Of a stretch of DNA of 64,000 nt, positions 10,076 through 21,878 are shown piece by piece. This DNA is from Caulobacteraceae bacterium. GTDB lineage: Bacteria > Pseudomonadota > Alphaproteobacteria > Caulobacterales > Caulobacteraceae. Numbering within the stretch: position 1 is the first letter of the stretch; every line of letters begins with the position of its first letter. The stretch covers positions 2,297-66,296 of the forward strand of contig DATAYD010000071.1 of assembly GCA_036272715.1 (NCBI GenBank). Direction: 5' to 3'. The notes under the pieces are model-generated. The model worked only from the letters and a program-made list of their open reading frames with translations. It did no database searches and was not told the origin of the DNA. The translations under genes and the position numbers were made by a program.

Positions 10076-10098
10076 TCTCACTGAGTCAGTGAGACTAG
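10072..10098. repeat. Perfect 27-bp palindrome centred on GAGTC
   Basis: CTAGTCTCACTGA-G-TCAGTGAGACTAG; the right CTAG supplies the TAG stop of the 10095..10760 gene. Confidence 0.95.
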
Positions 10099-10760
10099 GC
10101 CCTCGGCCGACCGCCATCGAACAACCTCGCCAGCCATTGATAGTAATCCGGCTGGGTTTTGATCAGGTCGGCGCGGGTATAGGGCTCGCGGGTGATCTCG
10201 CCATAGAGATAGGCGCTGGCGGTCACCGCGAAGAACTCGCCGTTGTTCTGCAGCATGATCGCCGTGTTGGGCCAGACGTGCCGGCCCAGGATCTGCTGGC
10301 GGAATCGCGCGATGTCCGAATTGGCGAAACCTCCGGGCAGGCGCTGATCCTGATAGGCCAGGAGCAGGGCGTGCAACAGCGCGGGGCGCTTGGCGTCCAG
10401 TCGCTTGACCCTGAGCAGCACCCGCCGGTCGGCGGAATAGCGCCCGAGTTCGCGTCCGGGGGTGAAATCGGCATAGATCGGCTGGGACCGAAAGAAGCTC
10501 ATCATCGGCGGGCTCAGGTGCAACTGCTCGATGATATCGATCTGGGCCTTGATCGCGCGAACGGTCTTGTCCGCCCGCTGAATCCGCGCCGCCGCGACCG
10601 CGCGGACGTCCCAGCCGCGATAATGGAAGGTCAGGCCGGGCTCGGGCTTGACCGCGCCGAACAGAGGCGCGCCGAACAGCGGCGCCGACGAGGCCGTCAT
10701 GGGACCGCCCAGGCCAAGGCCGGCGGCGATCAGGGCGACGACGGCGCGACGGCGGTTCAT
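10095..10760 (-). CDS. Exported (Tat-like signal) zincin-fold-like protein with degenerate HExxH
   Basis: MNRRR plus hydrophobic signal; PALLHALLLAYQD and NNGEFFAVTASAYLYG. Confidence 0.65.
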   Translation of the reverse strand: MNRRRAVVALIAAGLGLGGPMTASSAPLFGAPLFGAVKPEPGLTFHYRGWDVRAVAAARIQRADKTVRAIKAQIDIIEQLHLSPPMMSFFRSQPIYADFTPGRELGRYSADRRVLLRVKRLDAKRPALLHALLLAYQDQRLPGGFANSDIARFRQQILGRHVWPNTAIMLQNNGEFFAVTASAYLYGEITREPYTRADLIKTQPDYYQWLARLFDGGRPRA

Positions 10761-10975
10761 ATGGGTTTCCTGCGCGCCGGTCGGCGAAGAGTCGCGATAT
10801 CACGCGTCTGCCGACGGCTTGTAGAGCCTTTTAGGGTCAAACGGAATCGCCAGACACGCCAGCGCGGATCGCCGCGACGCTGGACAGGGCGGCGGACCCG
10901 CGATAGTAACCGCGCCCTTGCGCGCGGCCACCATGGCGGGGTCCGGATTTCCAACGCGCGCCCAGGCTCATCCCC

Positions 10976-11461
10976 ATGTCTCGTTCACCCCGAAACGCCG
11001 TCCGGCCAGGCCGCCGGGCTTCCATTCCGGAAGCCAGCCATCGGTCGGCCCCTGGCCCTACCCAACGCCAACTGCGCGCCGGCGAACTGGTGCGCCACGC
11101 CCTGGTCGAGGCGCTGAGGACAGAGGACTTCGCCGATCCGGCCCTGGTCGGGGTTTCCGTGACCATAACCGAAGTCCGGATGTCCCCGGACCTGCGCCAT
11201 GCCCTCTGTTTCACCACCCCACTGGGTGGCGAGCATGCGCCGGAGGTCATCTCCGCCCTTAACCGCGCCTCACGCTTCCTGCGCGGCCGGCTCGGCAAGA
11301 TGGTGGACCTGAAATTCACCCCGGATCTGAAGTTCGTCCCGGACGACAGCTTCGACGAGGCCGAACGCATGGCCCGGCTGTTCTCGGACCCGAAGATCCG
11401 CCGCGACCTCGAATCCCCGGAGGATCAGGAAGACGGCTCCGTGGATTCCGATGGGGCGTAG
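10976..11461 (+). CDS. rbfA: Ribosome-binding factor A
   Basis: QRQLRAGELVRHAL, TEVRMSPDLRHA, LKFTPDLKF..DDSF. Confidence 0.95.
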   Translation: MSRSPRNAVRPGRRASIPEASHRSAPGPTQRQLRAGELVRHALVEALRTEDFADPALVGVSVTITEVRMSPDLRHALCFTTPLGGEHAPEVISALNRASRFLRGRLGKMVDLKFTPDLKFVPDDSFDEAERMARLFSDPKIRRDLESPEDQEDGSVDSDGA

Positions 11462-12398
11462 GAACAAGGGCGATCCGGTTTCGGGCTGGGTCGCGCTCGA
11501 CAAGCCGGTCGATCTCGGCTCGACGCAGGCGGTCGGCCGGGTTCGGCGCGCCTTCAACGCCCGCAAGGCCGGTCATGCCGGAACCCTGGACCCCCTGGCC
11601 AGCGGCGTGCTGCCGATCGCGCTCGGCGAGGCGTCCAAAACGGTCCCCTTCATGATGGAGGCGGACAAGACCTACCGCTTCACCATCGCCTGGGGCGCGA
11701 CCACCGCCAGTTTCGACCGGGAAGGCGCCATCACCGGAACCTCGGACGTCCGGCCATCCGCCGACGCCGTCGCCGTCGCCCTCAAGGCCTTCGTCGGTGA
11801 GATCGAGCAGATTCCACCGGCGTTTTCAGCGATCAAGGTCGACGGCGAGCGGGCCTATGACCTGGCCAGGGCCGGGGTGGAGGTGGCGCTGAAACCGCGA
11901 CGGGTGCTGATCCACCGCGCCGAGGTGACCGGCGCGCCGGACGCGGACCATGTCGCGCTGGAGATCGACTGCGGCAAGGGCGTCTATGTTCGCGCCATCG
12001 CCCGCGATCTGGCGGAGATGCTGGGCGCCTGCGGCCATGTGTCCAGCCTGCGACGACTGCGCGTGGGCCCCTTCCACGCCGAGGCGGCCGTGACGCTGGC
12101 CTTTGTTGAGCGGATGTGCGATACGGGCGCCGGCTTGGAGGTCCTGCTTCCGGTTGAGACCGCGCTGGACGACATCCCGGCGCTGGCCGTGACCGCGGAA
12201 GACGCCTTCAGGCTCTCGCAAGGGCGACCGATCGTTCTGCTCCCCAGACAGGTCGAAACGCTGAAGGCGCGTCTTGCCGATCCCGATGGGGTCGGCTTCG
12301 CGTCCCGAACCGTTTTGGCGATGCATGGCGGCGTGGCGGTCTCGATCTGCGAGATACGCGCCGGGCAGTTGAGCCCGACCCGCGTGTTCAACCTTTAA
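11451..12398 (+). CDS. truB: tRNA pseudouridine(55) synthase
   Basis: KAGHAGTLDPLASGVL, PPAFSAIKVDGERAY, CGKGVYVR. Confidence 0.97.
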   Translation: MGRRNKGDPVSGWVALDKPVDLGSTQAVGRVRRAFNARKAGHAGTLDPLASGVLPIALGEASKTVPFMMEADKTYRFTIAWGATTASFDREGAITGTSDVRPSADAVAVALKAFVGEIEQIPPAFSAIKVDGERAYDLARAGVEVALKPRRVLIHRAEVTGAPDADHVALEIDCGKGVYVRAIARDLAEMLGACGHVSSLRRLRVGPFHAEAAVTLAFVERMCDTGAGLEVLLPVETALDDIPALAVTAEDAFRLSQGRPIVLLPRQVETLKARLADPDGVGFASRTVLAMHGGVAVSICEIRAGQLSPTRVFNL

Positions 12399-12410
12399 AC
12401 GGAGACCACG

Positions 12411-12680
12411 ATGTCGATAACCGCCGAACGCAAGCATGAGCTGATCGTGGAGCACGCTCGCTCCGAGGCCGACACCGGGTCAGCCGAAGTGCAGGTCGCG
12501 ATCCTGTCCGAACGGATCGCCAACCTGACCGAACACTTCAAGACGCATAAGAAAGACAACCACTCCCGCCGCGGGCTGCTGAAGCTGGTTTCCCAGCGTC
12601 GTTCGCTGCTGGACCATCTGAAGACGTCCGATGAAGGCCGCTATCAGGCCCTGATCGGAACCCTGGGCCTGCGCCGCTAG
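12411..12680 (+). CDS. rpsO: 30S ribosomal protein S15
   Basis: [12 protein letters not shown]...[15 protein letters not shown]. Confidence 0.98.
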   Translation: MSITAERKHELIVEHARSEADTGSAEVQVAILSERIANLTEHFKTHKKDNHSRRGLLKLVSQRRSLLDHLKTSDEGRYQALIGTLGLRR

Positions 12681-12988
12681 GCCTTGCCTGCCCGCCAGCA
12701 GCCGTCAGCGGCGCCTGGCGGGCGACCAAGACGTCGGATCGCGCTATAAGTGCGTCGCTCCGCACCAGCCGCGCCGATAAGACGTGGCCAGACTATCCGC
12801 CACCCCTTGGACAGGCTTAGGGGATCGGGGGTTCAAAGACGCGGGCCGCAAAGGGGCCCGCCTGTACGCCGAGGGTTCAAACCAATCCTCGCCAGCCTGC
12901 CGAATGGAGAGGATTCCGGAACGCCTAAGACGCCCCGCCCTGTCCGCACCCGAGGAAATGGGTCCTTGGGATGACCAGAAAGACAATC

Positions 12989-15133
<2,145 letters not shown>

Positions 15134-15161
15134 CGGCCGATCGATCCAAGGCCATGATTGG

Positions 15162-15188
15162 GGCGGCTCGGAAACGAGCCGCCTTTTT
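15162..15188 (+). terminator. Intrinsic terminator after pnp
   Basis: GGCGGCTCG-GAAA-CGAGCCGCC-TTTTT. Confidence 0.9.
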
Positions 15189-15252
15189 CGTGCGCGCGCG
15201 GCGCAAAGCAAATCGGCCGGAGCGTTTCCGCTTCCGGCCGTTGCACGAATCC

Positions 15253-15367
15253 CTAAATCATGATGACTTTGGATTGAATCAATCCAAAATCATCGTGATC
15301 GATTCTAAACATTTAGAGCGGGATGCGGGCGGAAAACCGCTTCGCACTTTTCCTCATCCCGCTCTAG
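15253..15367. repeat. RIME-type two-hairpin miniature element
   Basis: 21-bp near-perfect arms (15257-15299) centred on GAATC, then TAGAGCGGGATG...CATCCCGCTCTA; ends in CTAG. Confidence 0.85.
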
Positions 15368-15427
15368 TCGGGGTCGAATTTGTCCAGTTGTACTGGATCC
15401 CGAGGCGCGCTCAGGCTGAGATAGGTC

Positions 15428-15736
15428 TTAGGACGCGGCTTGGAACTTCAGCGGCACGCGGATGGTGCCAGTCTTCGTGCCCATGGGCAGGAAGTCGGCG
15501 AGGCAGATCGCGGCCTTGTCGAAACCCTTGCCGGCGGCCGTGTTGTCGACGACCTTGCAGGCGGTCAGCTTGCCGCCGCCCGCGGTGCATTCGAGCATGA
15601 CGCTCGCCGTCATGTTCGGGTCGGCGAACTTTTCGACGCATTCCGTCACGTGTTGTTGGAAACCCTCGGCCAAGGCCGTGCCGGCGAGGAACAAGCTGCC
15701 GATCATTCCGGCCACAAACGCGATTGATTTTTTCAT
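15428..15736 (-). CDS. Small secreted TonB C-terminal-like domain protein with 4 Cys
   Basis: Signal peptide ending ALA; LEC..GGKLTACKVV...GKGFDKAA..LA..L...IRVPLKF pattern; GAGG-type SD upstream. Confidence 0.7.
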   Translation of the reverse strand: MKKSIAFVAGMIGSLFLAGTALAEGFQQHVTECVEKFADPNMTASVMLECTAGGGKLTACKVVDNTAAGKGFDKAAICLADFLPMGTKTGTIRVPLKFQAAS

Positions 15737-15837
15737 TCGCCCCTCCTTGAGTTGGACGAGGCGGACTTAACCGAGGAAAGGTTAAAAAAGCTCTCCATTT
15801 GAATTGAGCTCGATCTTACTTTCGAACTCGATCGAAG

Positions 15838-15932
15838 GTTTAAACATAACTGTGTAAATATGTTTAACATGCTGGTAAGGTTTTGAGGGCGGTTCCAGCC
15901 CCAGACCAGACTACAGTTAGGGTCTGTTAAGC
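15838..15932. promoter_or_regulatory. AT-rich divergent promoter region with CtrA-like sites
   Basis: TTAA-CATGCTG-GTAA at ~15864-15878 and several other TTAA half-sites upstream of the MCP. Confidence 0.5.
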
Positions 15933-15994
15933 AATCTCTCCAATGATGCGCGCCGCTGGCAGGGTCCGGCAGTCATGCGCGAACGGGGGAGACT

Positions 15995-17965
15995 ATGAAG
16001 GGTTTGCGGCTTTCGGACGTGCCTATGATCATCAAGATCGGGTTCGCGCCGGCGATCGCCCTGTTGATGTTCGCGGTCGTGGTGACGGGCAGCATCATGA
16101 GCCAGAGCAGCGAGTCCAAGGAACTCAAGCAGGTGGTCCAAGTGGACATGCCTGCTTCGCTGCGCATGCAGGAGATCTCGCGACGTATCGCCGCGGCCCA
16201 TGGCCAGCTCTATGTTCTTCTGACCCATCAGGCCGGTTCGATCGACAAGGACAAGATCGACGGCCAGATGAAGGACCTGCTGGCGGAATTCGACTCCATC
16301 ACCGCCGAGGTGAAGGCGGTCCGGGCCAAGGAGCCCGCCTCCCAGCAGCCGGTATTCGACAAGCTGATCAAGGCGCTCAGCGACACCCGCAGCGCCGTCG
16401 ATGTGGTCGGCGGCATGATCGGCGCGGACTTTCAAACCGCGATCGGCTTCGTGGCGCCCTTCGAAGACAGCTATAACCAGATGACGGCGACGCTGAACAA
16501 GGCCGTCGCCGCCGCCCAGGCCCAGACCGACCAGCGCGCCAGCGCCACCATGAGCGCGGCCCAGGCCGCGATCGTGGTCACCGTGATCGTCGGCGCCGCC
16601 ACCTTGTTGCTGGTCGGCCTGCTCGCCGCCATCTCCGTCTATACGACCCGCCGTTCGATCAGCCAGATCGCCGGGGCGACGGAAGCCCTGGCCGCCGGCA
16701 AGGGCGCCTCGGTGGATCTCGCCAAGCTGGAACGCAAGGACGAGTTGGGCTCGGTGGTCCGTTCCCTGGTGGTCTTCAAGGACAACCAGGCCCATCTGGA
16801 CAAACTGCGCGCCGAGCAGGAGGCCGATCGCAACGCGACCGAAGACGAGCGTCGCGCCAAGGCCGAGGCCGCCGCGGCGGCGGCCCGCGAACAGGCCATG
16901 GTGGTCTCCAACCTGGCCGAAGGCCTGGAAAAATTGGCCTCCGGCGACCTCACCTATCGCGTGGCGGCCGAGTTCCCGGGCGACTACCGCAAGCTGCGCG
17001 ACGACTTCAACGCCGCGATCACGCAGTTGGAAGGCGCCCTGCGCCGCATCTCCGAATCCACGGCGGGGATCCAGACCGGCTCGAAAGAGATCAGCCACGC
17101 CGCCGACGATCTGTCGCGGCGCACCGAACAGCAGGCCGCCGCGCTAGAACAGACCGCCGCGGCGCTGGACGAGATCACCGCGACGGTTCGCCGCACCGCC
17201 GACGGCGCCAACCACGCCCGTGAAGTGGTTTCGACCGCCAAGGCCGACGCCACCAAGTCCGGCGAAGTCGTCCGCGGCGCGGTCGCGGCCATGAACCAGA
17301 TCGAGACCTCGGCCAAGCAGATCAGCCAGATCATCGGGGTGATCGACGAAATCGCTTTCCAGACCAACCTTCTGGCCTTGAACGCCGGGGTCGAGGCCGC
17401 TCGGGCCGGGGACGCGGGCCGCGGCTTCGCCGTGGTCGCCTCGGAAGTCCGAGCCCTGGCCCAACGCTCCGCCGAGGCCGCCAAGGAGATCAAGGTCCTG
17501 ATCACCGCCTCGACCACCCAGGTCGACCAGGGCGTCAAGCTGGTCGGCGAAACCGGCCACTCGCTCGAGCGGATCGTCGAACAGGTCAATGAGATCAACA
17601 CGGTCGTCGGCGAGATCGCCGCCTCCGCCCAGGAAGAGGCGACCGGCCTCAACCAGGTCAACGGCGCCATCAACCAGATGGACCAGGTGACCCAACAGAA
17701 CGCGGCCATGGTCGAGCAATCGACCGCGGCCAGCCATTCGCTGCTGCACGAAGCCAACGAACTGGTGAACCTCCTGGGCGGCTTCTCGGTGAGCGGCGGC
17801 CAGGCCATGCGTCAGATCGACGCCCGGCGCCAGCCCTCGGCTCCCGCGCCGAGGAGCCAAGCGCCGCGCCGCGGCGAGCGGGTGCTGATGGCGGTCGGCG
17901 GCGGTCGCCAGGCGCTGGCGGCCGAGCTGCAGAACGGCGTCGAAGAAGGCTGGGAAGAGTTCTAA
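15995..17965 (+). CDS. Methyl-accepting chemotaxis protein
   Basis: Two TMs, HAMP (RKDELG), [35 protein letters not shown]-terminal GWEEF pentapeptide. Confidence 0.96.
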   Translation: MKGLRLSDVPMIIKIGFAPAIALLMFAVVVTGSIMSQSSESKELKQVVQVDMPASLRMQEISRRIAAAHGQLYVLLTHQAGSIDKDKIDGQMKDLLAEFDSITAEVKAVRAKEPASQQPVFDKLIKALSDTRSAVDVVGGMIGADFQTAIGFVAPFEDSYNQMTATLNKAVAAAQAQTDQRASATMSAAQAAIVVTVIVGAATLLLVGLLAAISVYTTRRSISQIAGATEALAAGKGASVDLAKLERKDELGSVVRSLVVFKDNQAHLDKLRAEQEADRNATEDERRAKAEAAAAAAREQAMVVSNLAEGLEKLASGDLTYRVAAEFPGDYRKLRDDFNAAITQLEGALRRISESTAGIQTGSKEISHAADDLSRRTEQQAAALEQTAAALDEITATVRRTADGANHAREVVSTAKADATKSGEVVRGAVAAMNQIETSAKQISQIIGVIDEIAFQTNLLALNAGVEAARAGDAGRGFAVVASEVRALAQRSAEAAKEIKVLITASTTQVDQGVKLVGETGHSLERIVEQVNEINTVVGEIAASAQEEATGLNQVNGAINQMDQVTQQNAAMVEQSTAASHSLLHEANELVNLLGGFSVSGGQAMRQIDARRQPSAPAPRSQAPRRGERVLMAVGGGRQALAAELQNGVEEGWEEF

Positions 17966-18012
17966 GCCGGTCGGCTCTCGCCCTTCGGGGCGCGGCCAAA
18001 ACCCAAGACCAG

Positions 18013-18047
18013 AACGGCCCGGATCACAGTCGATCCGGGCCGTTTTT
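18013..18047 (+). terminator. Intrinsic terminator after the MCP gene
   Basis: AACGGCCCGGATC-loop-GATCCGGGCCGTT-TTT. Confidence 0.85.
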
Positions 18048-18088
18048 GTCCGCGCCGCTAATCCGCGCTTCCAAAGTGAGCGAACCGA

Positions 18089-18550
18089 TCAGCGGTGTTT
18101 CCAGAACATCCCGCGCCGCGCCACATACCGGTTCGGCAGGTCCTTCATGCCCGCCTCCACATAGCCGATCGAGTCCATCAGCTCGGCCACCAGGGCCGCG
18201 GCGGTGGCGATCGCCTCGTCGCTCTTGCGATAGGCCGAGCCAAGCGCTTCGTGGATCATCGGATCGACGCCCGCAATAGCGGGAAGGCCGTCCAGCGTGG
18301 CTTCGATACAGGCCGCCCGCGCCTCGGGCGAGGCGATAATGTCGCGCATCGTGATCCGCATCGGATTGTCCTCGGCCAGCAGGCCAGGCTCGGCATAGGG
18401 CAGGCCCAGCCGCTCGATCTCCCGGGCCAATTGGTTGCCGTCGGCGGTGCGCAGGCCCCGCGCGCGCTTCCAGATGGCGTAACGTTCTTCCGCCGTCCTG
18501 GCGGCCAGGCTTGAGCGGGTCCACCCGCCGATGAAACGTTCCTCTGTCAT
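18089..18550 (-). CDS. Hypothetical cytoplasmic protein
   Basis: 153-aa ORF with GAGG SD and normal amino-acid composition; fills the gap between the MCP terminator and ftsK. Confidence 0.7.
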   Translation of the reverse strand: MTEERFIGGWTRSSLAARTAEERYAIWKRARGLRTADGNQLAREIERLGLPYAEPGLLAEDNPMRITMRDIIASPEARAACIEATLDGLPAIAGVDPMIHEALGSAYRKSDEAIATAAALVAELMDSIGYVEAGMKDLPNRYVARRGMFWKHR

Positions 18551-18612
18551 GAACCCTCATTTAGCGCGGCGCGGCGCGAACGATAAGAGACCAAAAGCTT
18601 CGGGCGCCGATG

Positions 18613-18642
18613 TTAAGGTCGTCTTCGTAAACGCCCCTTAAC
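18613..18642. promoter_or_regulatory. CtrA-like binding sites upstream of ftsK
   Basis: TTAA-N7-TTCG (18613) and GTAA-N7-TTAAC (18627). Confidence 0.55.
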
Positions 18643-18688
18643 CCTGTGCGCCGAGTATGGCGGTCCGGTGATCGGGGTGTTTGGACGC

Positions 18689-21043
18689 ATGGCCAGGGTG
18701 GCGCGACGGTCGGGATTGGAGCTGTTCTATCAGGCGGCGCGCGCCCGCTGGGCCGGGCCAACCCTGGCGCGGTTCCGCGGCGGCCTGACGGCGGCCTGCG
18801 GCATGGCTCTGGTCGCCGCCTTCGCCAGTTATCACGCCACGGATCCCAGCCTGAACGCCGCCGCCGCCGGCCGGGCGAAGAATCTGTTGGGCGGTGTCGG
18901 CGCCGACGTCGCGGACGTGGCGCTACAGTCGCTCGGGCTCGGCGCCTGGCTCGCCGCCTTGATCATGATCGCGGCCGGCCTCAGCCGGGCTGGCGAACAG
19001 GATCCAGCCCTCGGCCGTCAACAGCTCCGGCGCCGCGCCCTGATCGGAATGCTCGGCGTCTTCGCCCTCACCGGCCTTCTGGCCGCGCCGCCGGCGCCGG
19101 AAACCTGGCCCCTGGCGCGCGGCCTGGGCGGATTCTGGGGCGAGGCGATGCTGAAGAGCCTCGCCGGCCTGATCCACTTCGTGCGGTTGCCGGCCGCGAG
19201 CCTGATCGCCGCCGTCGTGCTCGGCGCGGGGGGTCTCGCCGCCTTGGTTTATGCGATCGGCCTCGGCGTGGCCGACATCCTGGCCTTGGGTCCACTCATC
19301 GCCGCGCGGCTGCACAAACCCCCTTCTCCGCCCGCCGCGGCCGAGGAAACGCCGGTCCGGCGACGCAGGACCGCGCCGGTCATGACGATGGAGCCGCCCG
19401 AAGCCGCTGAAACCGTCGAAACCGATGCGACCGGGGACAACCAGCTCATTACGGCTCCCAAGGTCAAGACGCCCCGCCATCAGGTCCGCGACTCCGATCG
19501 CGAGCAACGCGAGAACCAAAAGGCCTTCGACTTCGCCAAGCCGGCCGGTTTCCATCTGCCGGAACTGGCCATGCTAGCCAAGCCCAAGCCCCGCGCCTCG
19601 GCTTTCGACGAAGAAGCGCTGCGGCAGAACGCCCGCATGCTGGAGGGGGTGCTGGCCGAGTTCGGTGTCAAGGGCCAGATCGACCAGATCCGGCCCGGCC
19701 CCGTGGTCACGCTCTATGAATTGGCGCCCGCGCCCGGCGTCAAATCCGCCCGGGTGGTCGCGCTGTCGGATGATATCGCCCGATCGATGAGCGTGGCGGC
19801 CTGCCGCGTCTCGGTCGTGCAGGGGCGCAACGCGATCGGGATCGAACTGCCCAACGCCCGCCGCGAGACCGTCTATCTGCGCGACCTGCTCTCTTCGACC
19901 GAATACGATAAGACCAGCCATGTCCTGCCGCTGGCGCTCGGCGAATCCATCGACGGCCAGCCCTACATCACCGACCTGGCGCGAATGCCGCACCTGCTGA
20001 TCGCCGGCACGACCGGCTCGGGCAAGTCGGTGGTGGTCAATGCGATGATCCTCTCGATCCTCTACCGGCTCGCGCCTCATCAATGCCGGTTCATCATGAT
20101 CGACCCGAAGATGCTGGAGCTGTCGGTCTATGACGGCATCCCGCACCTGCTCGCGCCGGTGGTTACCGACCCGAAGAAGGCGATCGTCGCGCTGAAATGG
20201 ACCGTGCGCGAAATGGAGGACCGCTATCGCCGCATGTCCAAGATCGGCGTGCGCAATGTCGCCGGCTATAACGAGAAGGCGGTGGAGGCCCAGGCCAAGG
20301 GCGAACACTTCGTGCGCACCGTCCAGACCGGCTTCGACGAGCAGGGCCGACCCATCTATGAAGAGGAACAGTTGCGCCCCGAGCCCATGCCCTATCTGGT
20401 CGTGGTCATCGACGAGGTGGCCGACCTGATGATGGTGGCCGGCAAGGACATCGAAGGCGCGGTCCAGCGCCTGGCCCAGATGGCCAGAGCCGCCGGAATC
20501 CACCTGATCATGGCCACCCAGCGGCCCTCGGTCGACGTGATCACCGGCACCATCAAGGCCAATTTCCCGACCCGGATCAGCTTCCAGGTCACATCCAAGA
20601 TCGACAGCCGCACCATCATGGGCGAGCAGGGCGCCGAGCAGTTGTTGGGCCAGGGCGACATGCTCTACATGGCCGGCGGCGGGCGGATCACCCGCCTGCA
20701 CGGCCCGTTCGTCTCCGACGGCGAGGTCGAGACCGTCGCCCGCTACCTGCGCGACCAGGGCGAGCCGCAATACCTGGAAGAAGTCACCGCGGGCGGCGAT
20801 GAGGACGGCGGCGATGACGGCGATCCGATGGGTGAAAACGGGAGTGGGGACGATCTCTACGACCGGGCCGTCGCCGTGGTGACCCGCGACCGAAAAGCCT
20901 CCACCAGCTATATCCAACGTCGCCTGCAGATCGGCTATAATCGCGCGGCGTCTCTGATCGAGCGGATGGAGCAGGAAGGCGTGGTCAGCCAGGCGAACCA
21001 CGCGGGCAAGCGCGACATCCTGGCCGGTCCGCCGCCGAGCTGA
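18689..21043 (+). CDS. ftsK: DNA translocase FtsK
   Basis: N-terminal TMs; [35 protein letters not shown]; gamma domain [17 protein letters not shown]. Confidence 0.97.
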   Translation: MARVARRSGLELFYQAARARWAGPTLARFRGGLTAACGMALVAAFASYHATDPSLNAAAAGRAKNLLGGVGADVADVALQSLGLGAWLAALIMIAAGLSRAGEQDPALGRQQLRRRALIGMLGVFALTGLLAAPPAPETWPLARGLGGFWGEAMLKSLAGLIHFVRLPAASLIAAVVLGAGGLAALVYAIGLGVADILALGPLIAARLHKPPSPPAAAEETPVRRRRTAPVMTMEPPEAAETVETDATGDNQLITAPKVKTPRHQVRDSDREQRENQKAFDFAKPAGFHLPELAMLAKPKPRASAFDEEALRQNARMLEGVLAEFGVKGQIDQIRPGPVVTLYELAPAPGVKSARVVALSDDIARSMSVAACRVSVVQGRNAIGIELPNARRETVYLRDLLSSTEYDKTSHVLPLALGESIDGQPYITDLARMPHLLIAGTTGSGKSVVVNAMILSILYRLAPHQCRFIMIDPKMLELSVYDGIPHLLAPVVTDPKKAIVALKWTVREMEDRYRRMSKIGVRNVAGYNEKAVEAQAKGEHFVRTVQTGFDEQGRPIYEEEQLRPEPMPYLVVVIDEVADLMMVAGKDIEGAVQRLAQMARAAGIHLIMATQRPSVDVITGTIKANFPTRISFQVTSKIDSRTIMGEQGAEQLLGQGDMLYMAGGGRITRLHGPFVSDGEVETVARYLRDQGEPQYLEEVTAGGDEDGGDDGDPMGENGSGDDLYDRAVAVVTRDRKASTSYIQRRLQIGYNRAASLIERMEQEGVVSQANHAGKRDILAGPPPS

Positions 21044-21147
21044 GACGCGAACCTCGATCCAGCCACATTTCAGCCGCCGCCGCGCCTTGCGCTCAGCATC
21101 TTGGATTTTGGCGGCGTGTCGAGCCGAACAGAGGAACCGTACGTTTG

Positions 21148-21804
21148 ATGGCCATGGTTGCGAAAACCCTGAAATCAGCCCTGGCCGGCATGGCCCTCGC
21201 CCTCGCCGCGGCCTCCGTGGCCTTGAGCGCGCCTGCGGCTCCCCTGGCCCCCGAGGACAAGGTCCTGGTCGACCATGCCGTCGCCTATCTGCAGAATCTC
21301 AGCGAGGTGAAGGGACGCTTCGTTCAGACCGATTCCCGCGGCGCCCGATCCGGCGGTGAACTCTATCTGGCCCGCCCGGGCCGGGCGCGGTTCGCCTATG
21401 ACCCGCCATCCGGCCTGCTCGTGGTGTCCGACGGCGCGACCGTTTCGGTGTTCGACCCTCGGCTCAGGAGCTTCAACCACTACCCGCTGAAATATACGCC
21501 GCTGTCCTTGTTCCTTGCTCGCCAGATCCGGCTGGATCGGGGCGTGACGGTCACCCACGTCACCCATTTCAGCAATGGCTTCGGTCTGACAGCCCGCGAC
21601 GGAAAGCACGAGACCCAAGGCCAGATCACCCTGACCTTCGCGACCGATCCTTTCCGCCTGAGCGACTGGACCATGACCGACGCGCGCGGCCAGACCACCC
21701 GCGTGGAAATCACCGACCTGAAGCCGGTTTCCGGGCTGGATCCCAGCCTGTTCGTTTTGCGCGCGCCGCAATCGGCTCCGTTTGTAACACCCCCGTTAAA
21801 TTGA
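21148..21804 (+). CDS. lolA: Outer-membrane lipoprotein carrier LolA
   Basis: Signal peptide; GRFVQ...G.LYLARPGRARFAY...VVSDG; follows ftsK. Confidence 0.88.
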   Translation: MAMVAKTLKSALAGMALALAAASVALSAPAAPLAPEDKVLVDHAVAYLQNLSEVKGRFVQTDSRGARSGGELYLARPGRARFAYDPPSGLLVVSDGATVSVFDPRLRSFNHYPLKYTPLSLFLARQIRLDRGVTVTHVTHFSNGFGLTARDGKHETQGQITLTFATDPFRLSDWTMTDARGQTTRVEITDLKPVSGLDPSLFVLRAPQSAPFVTPPLN

Positions 21805-21842
21805 AGCATTTTCGTCACAATCAAGTAAAAACGACATTCTCC

Positions 21843-21870
21843 TTGACTTTGTGCGGTCTAGTGGCATTTT
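21843..21870 (+). promoter_or_regulatory. Putative sigma70 promoter for the intergenic sRNA
   Basis: TTGACT followed by GGCATTTT at about consensus spacing. Confidence 0.55.
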
Positions 21871-21878
21871 TAGCTCGC

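Noticed and set aside
15154-15600. 148-aa ORF containing LERDAGGKPLRTFPHPAL
   Set aside because: This is a translation of the terminator and RIME-type repeat and is antisense to a real gene.
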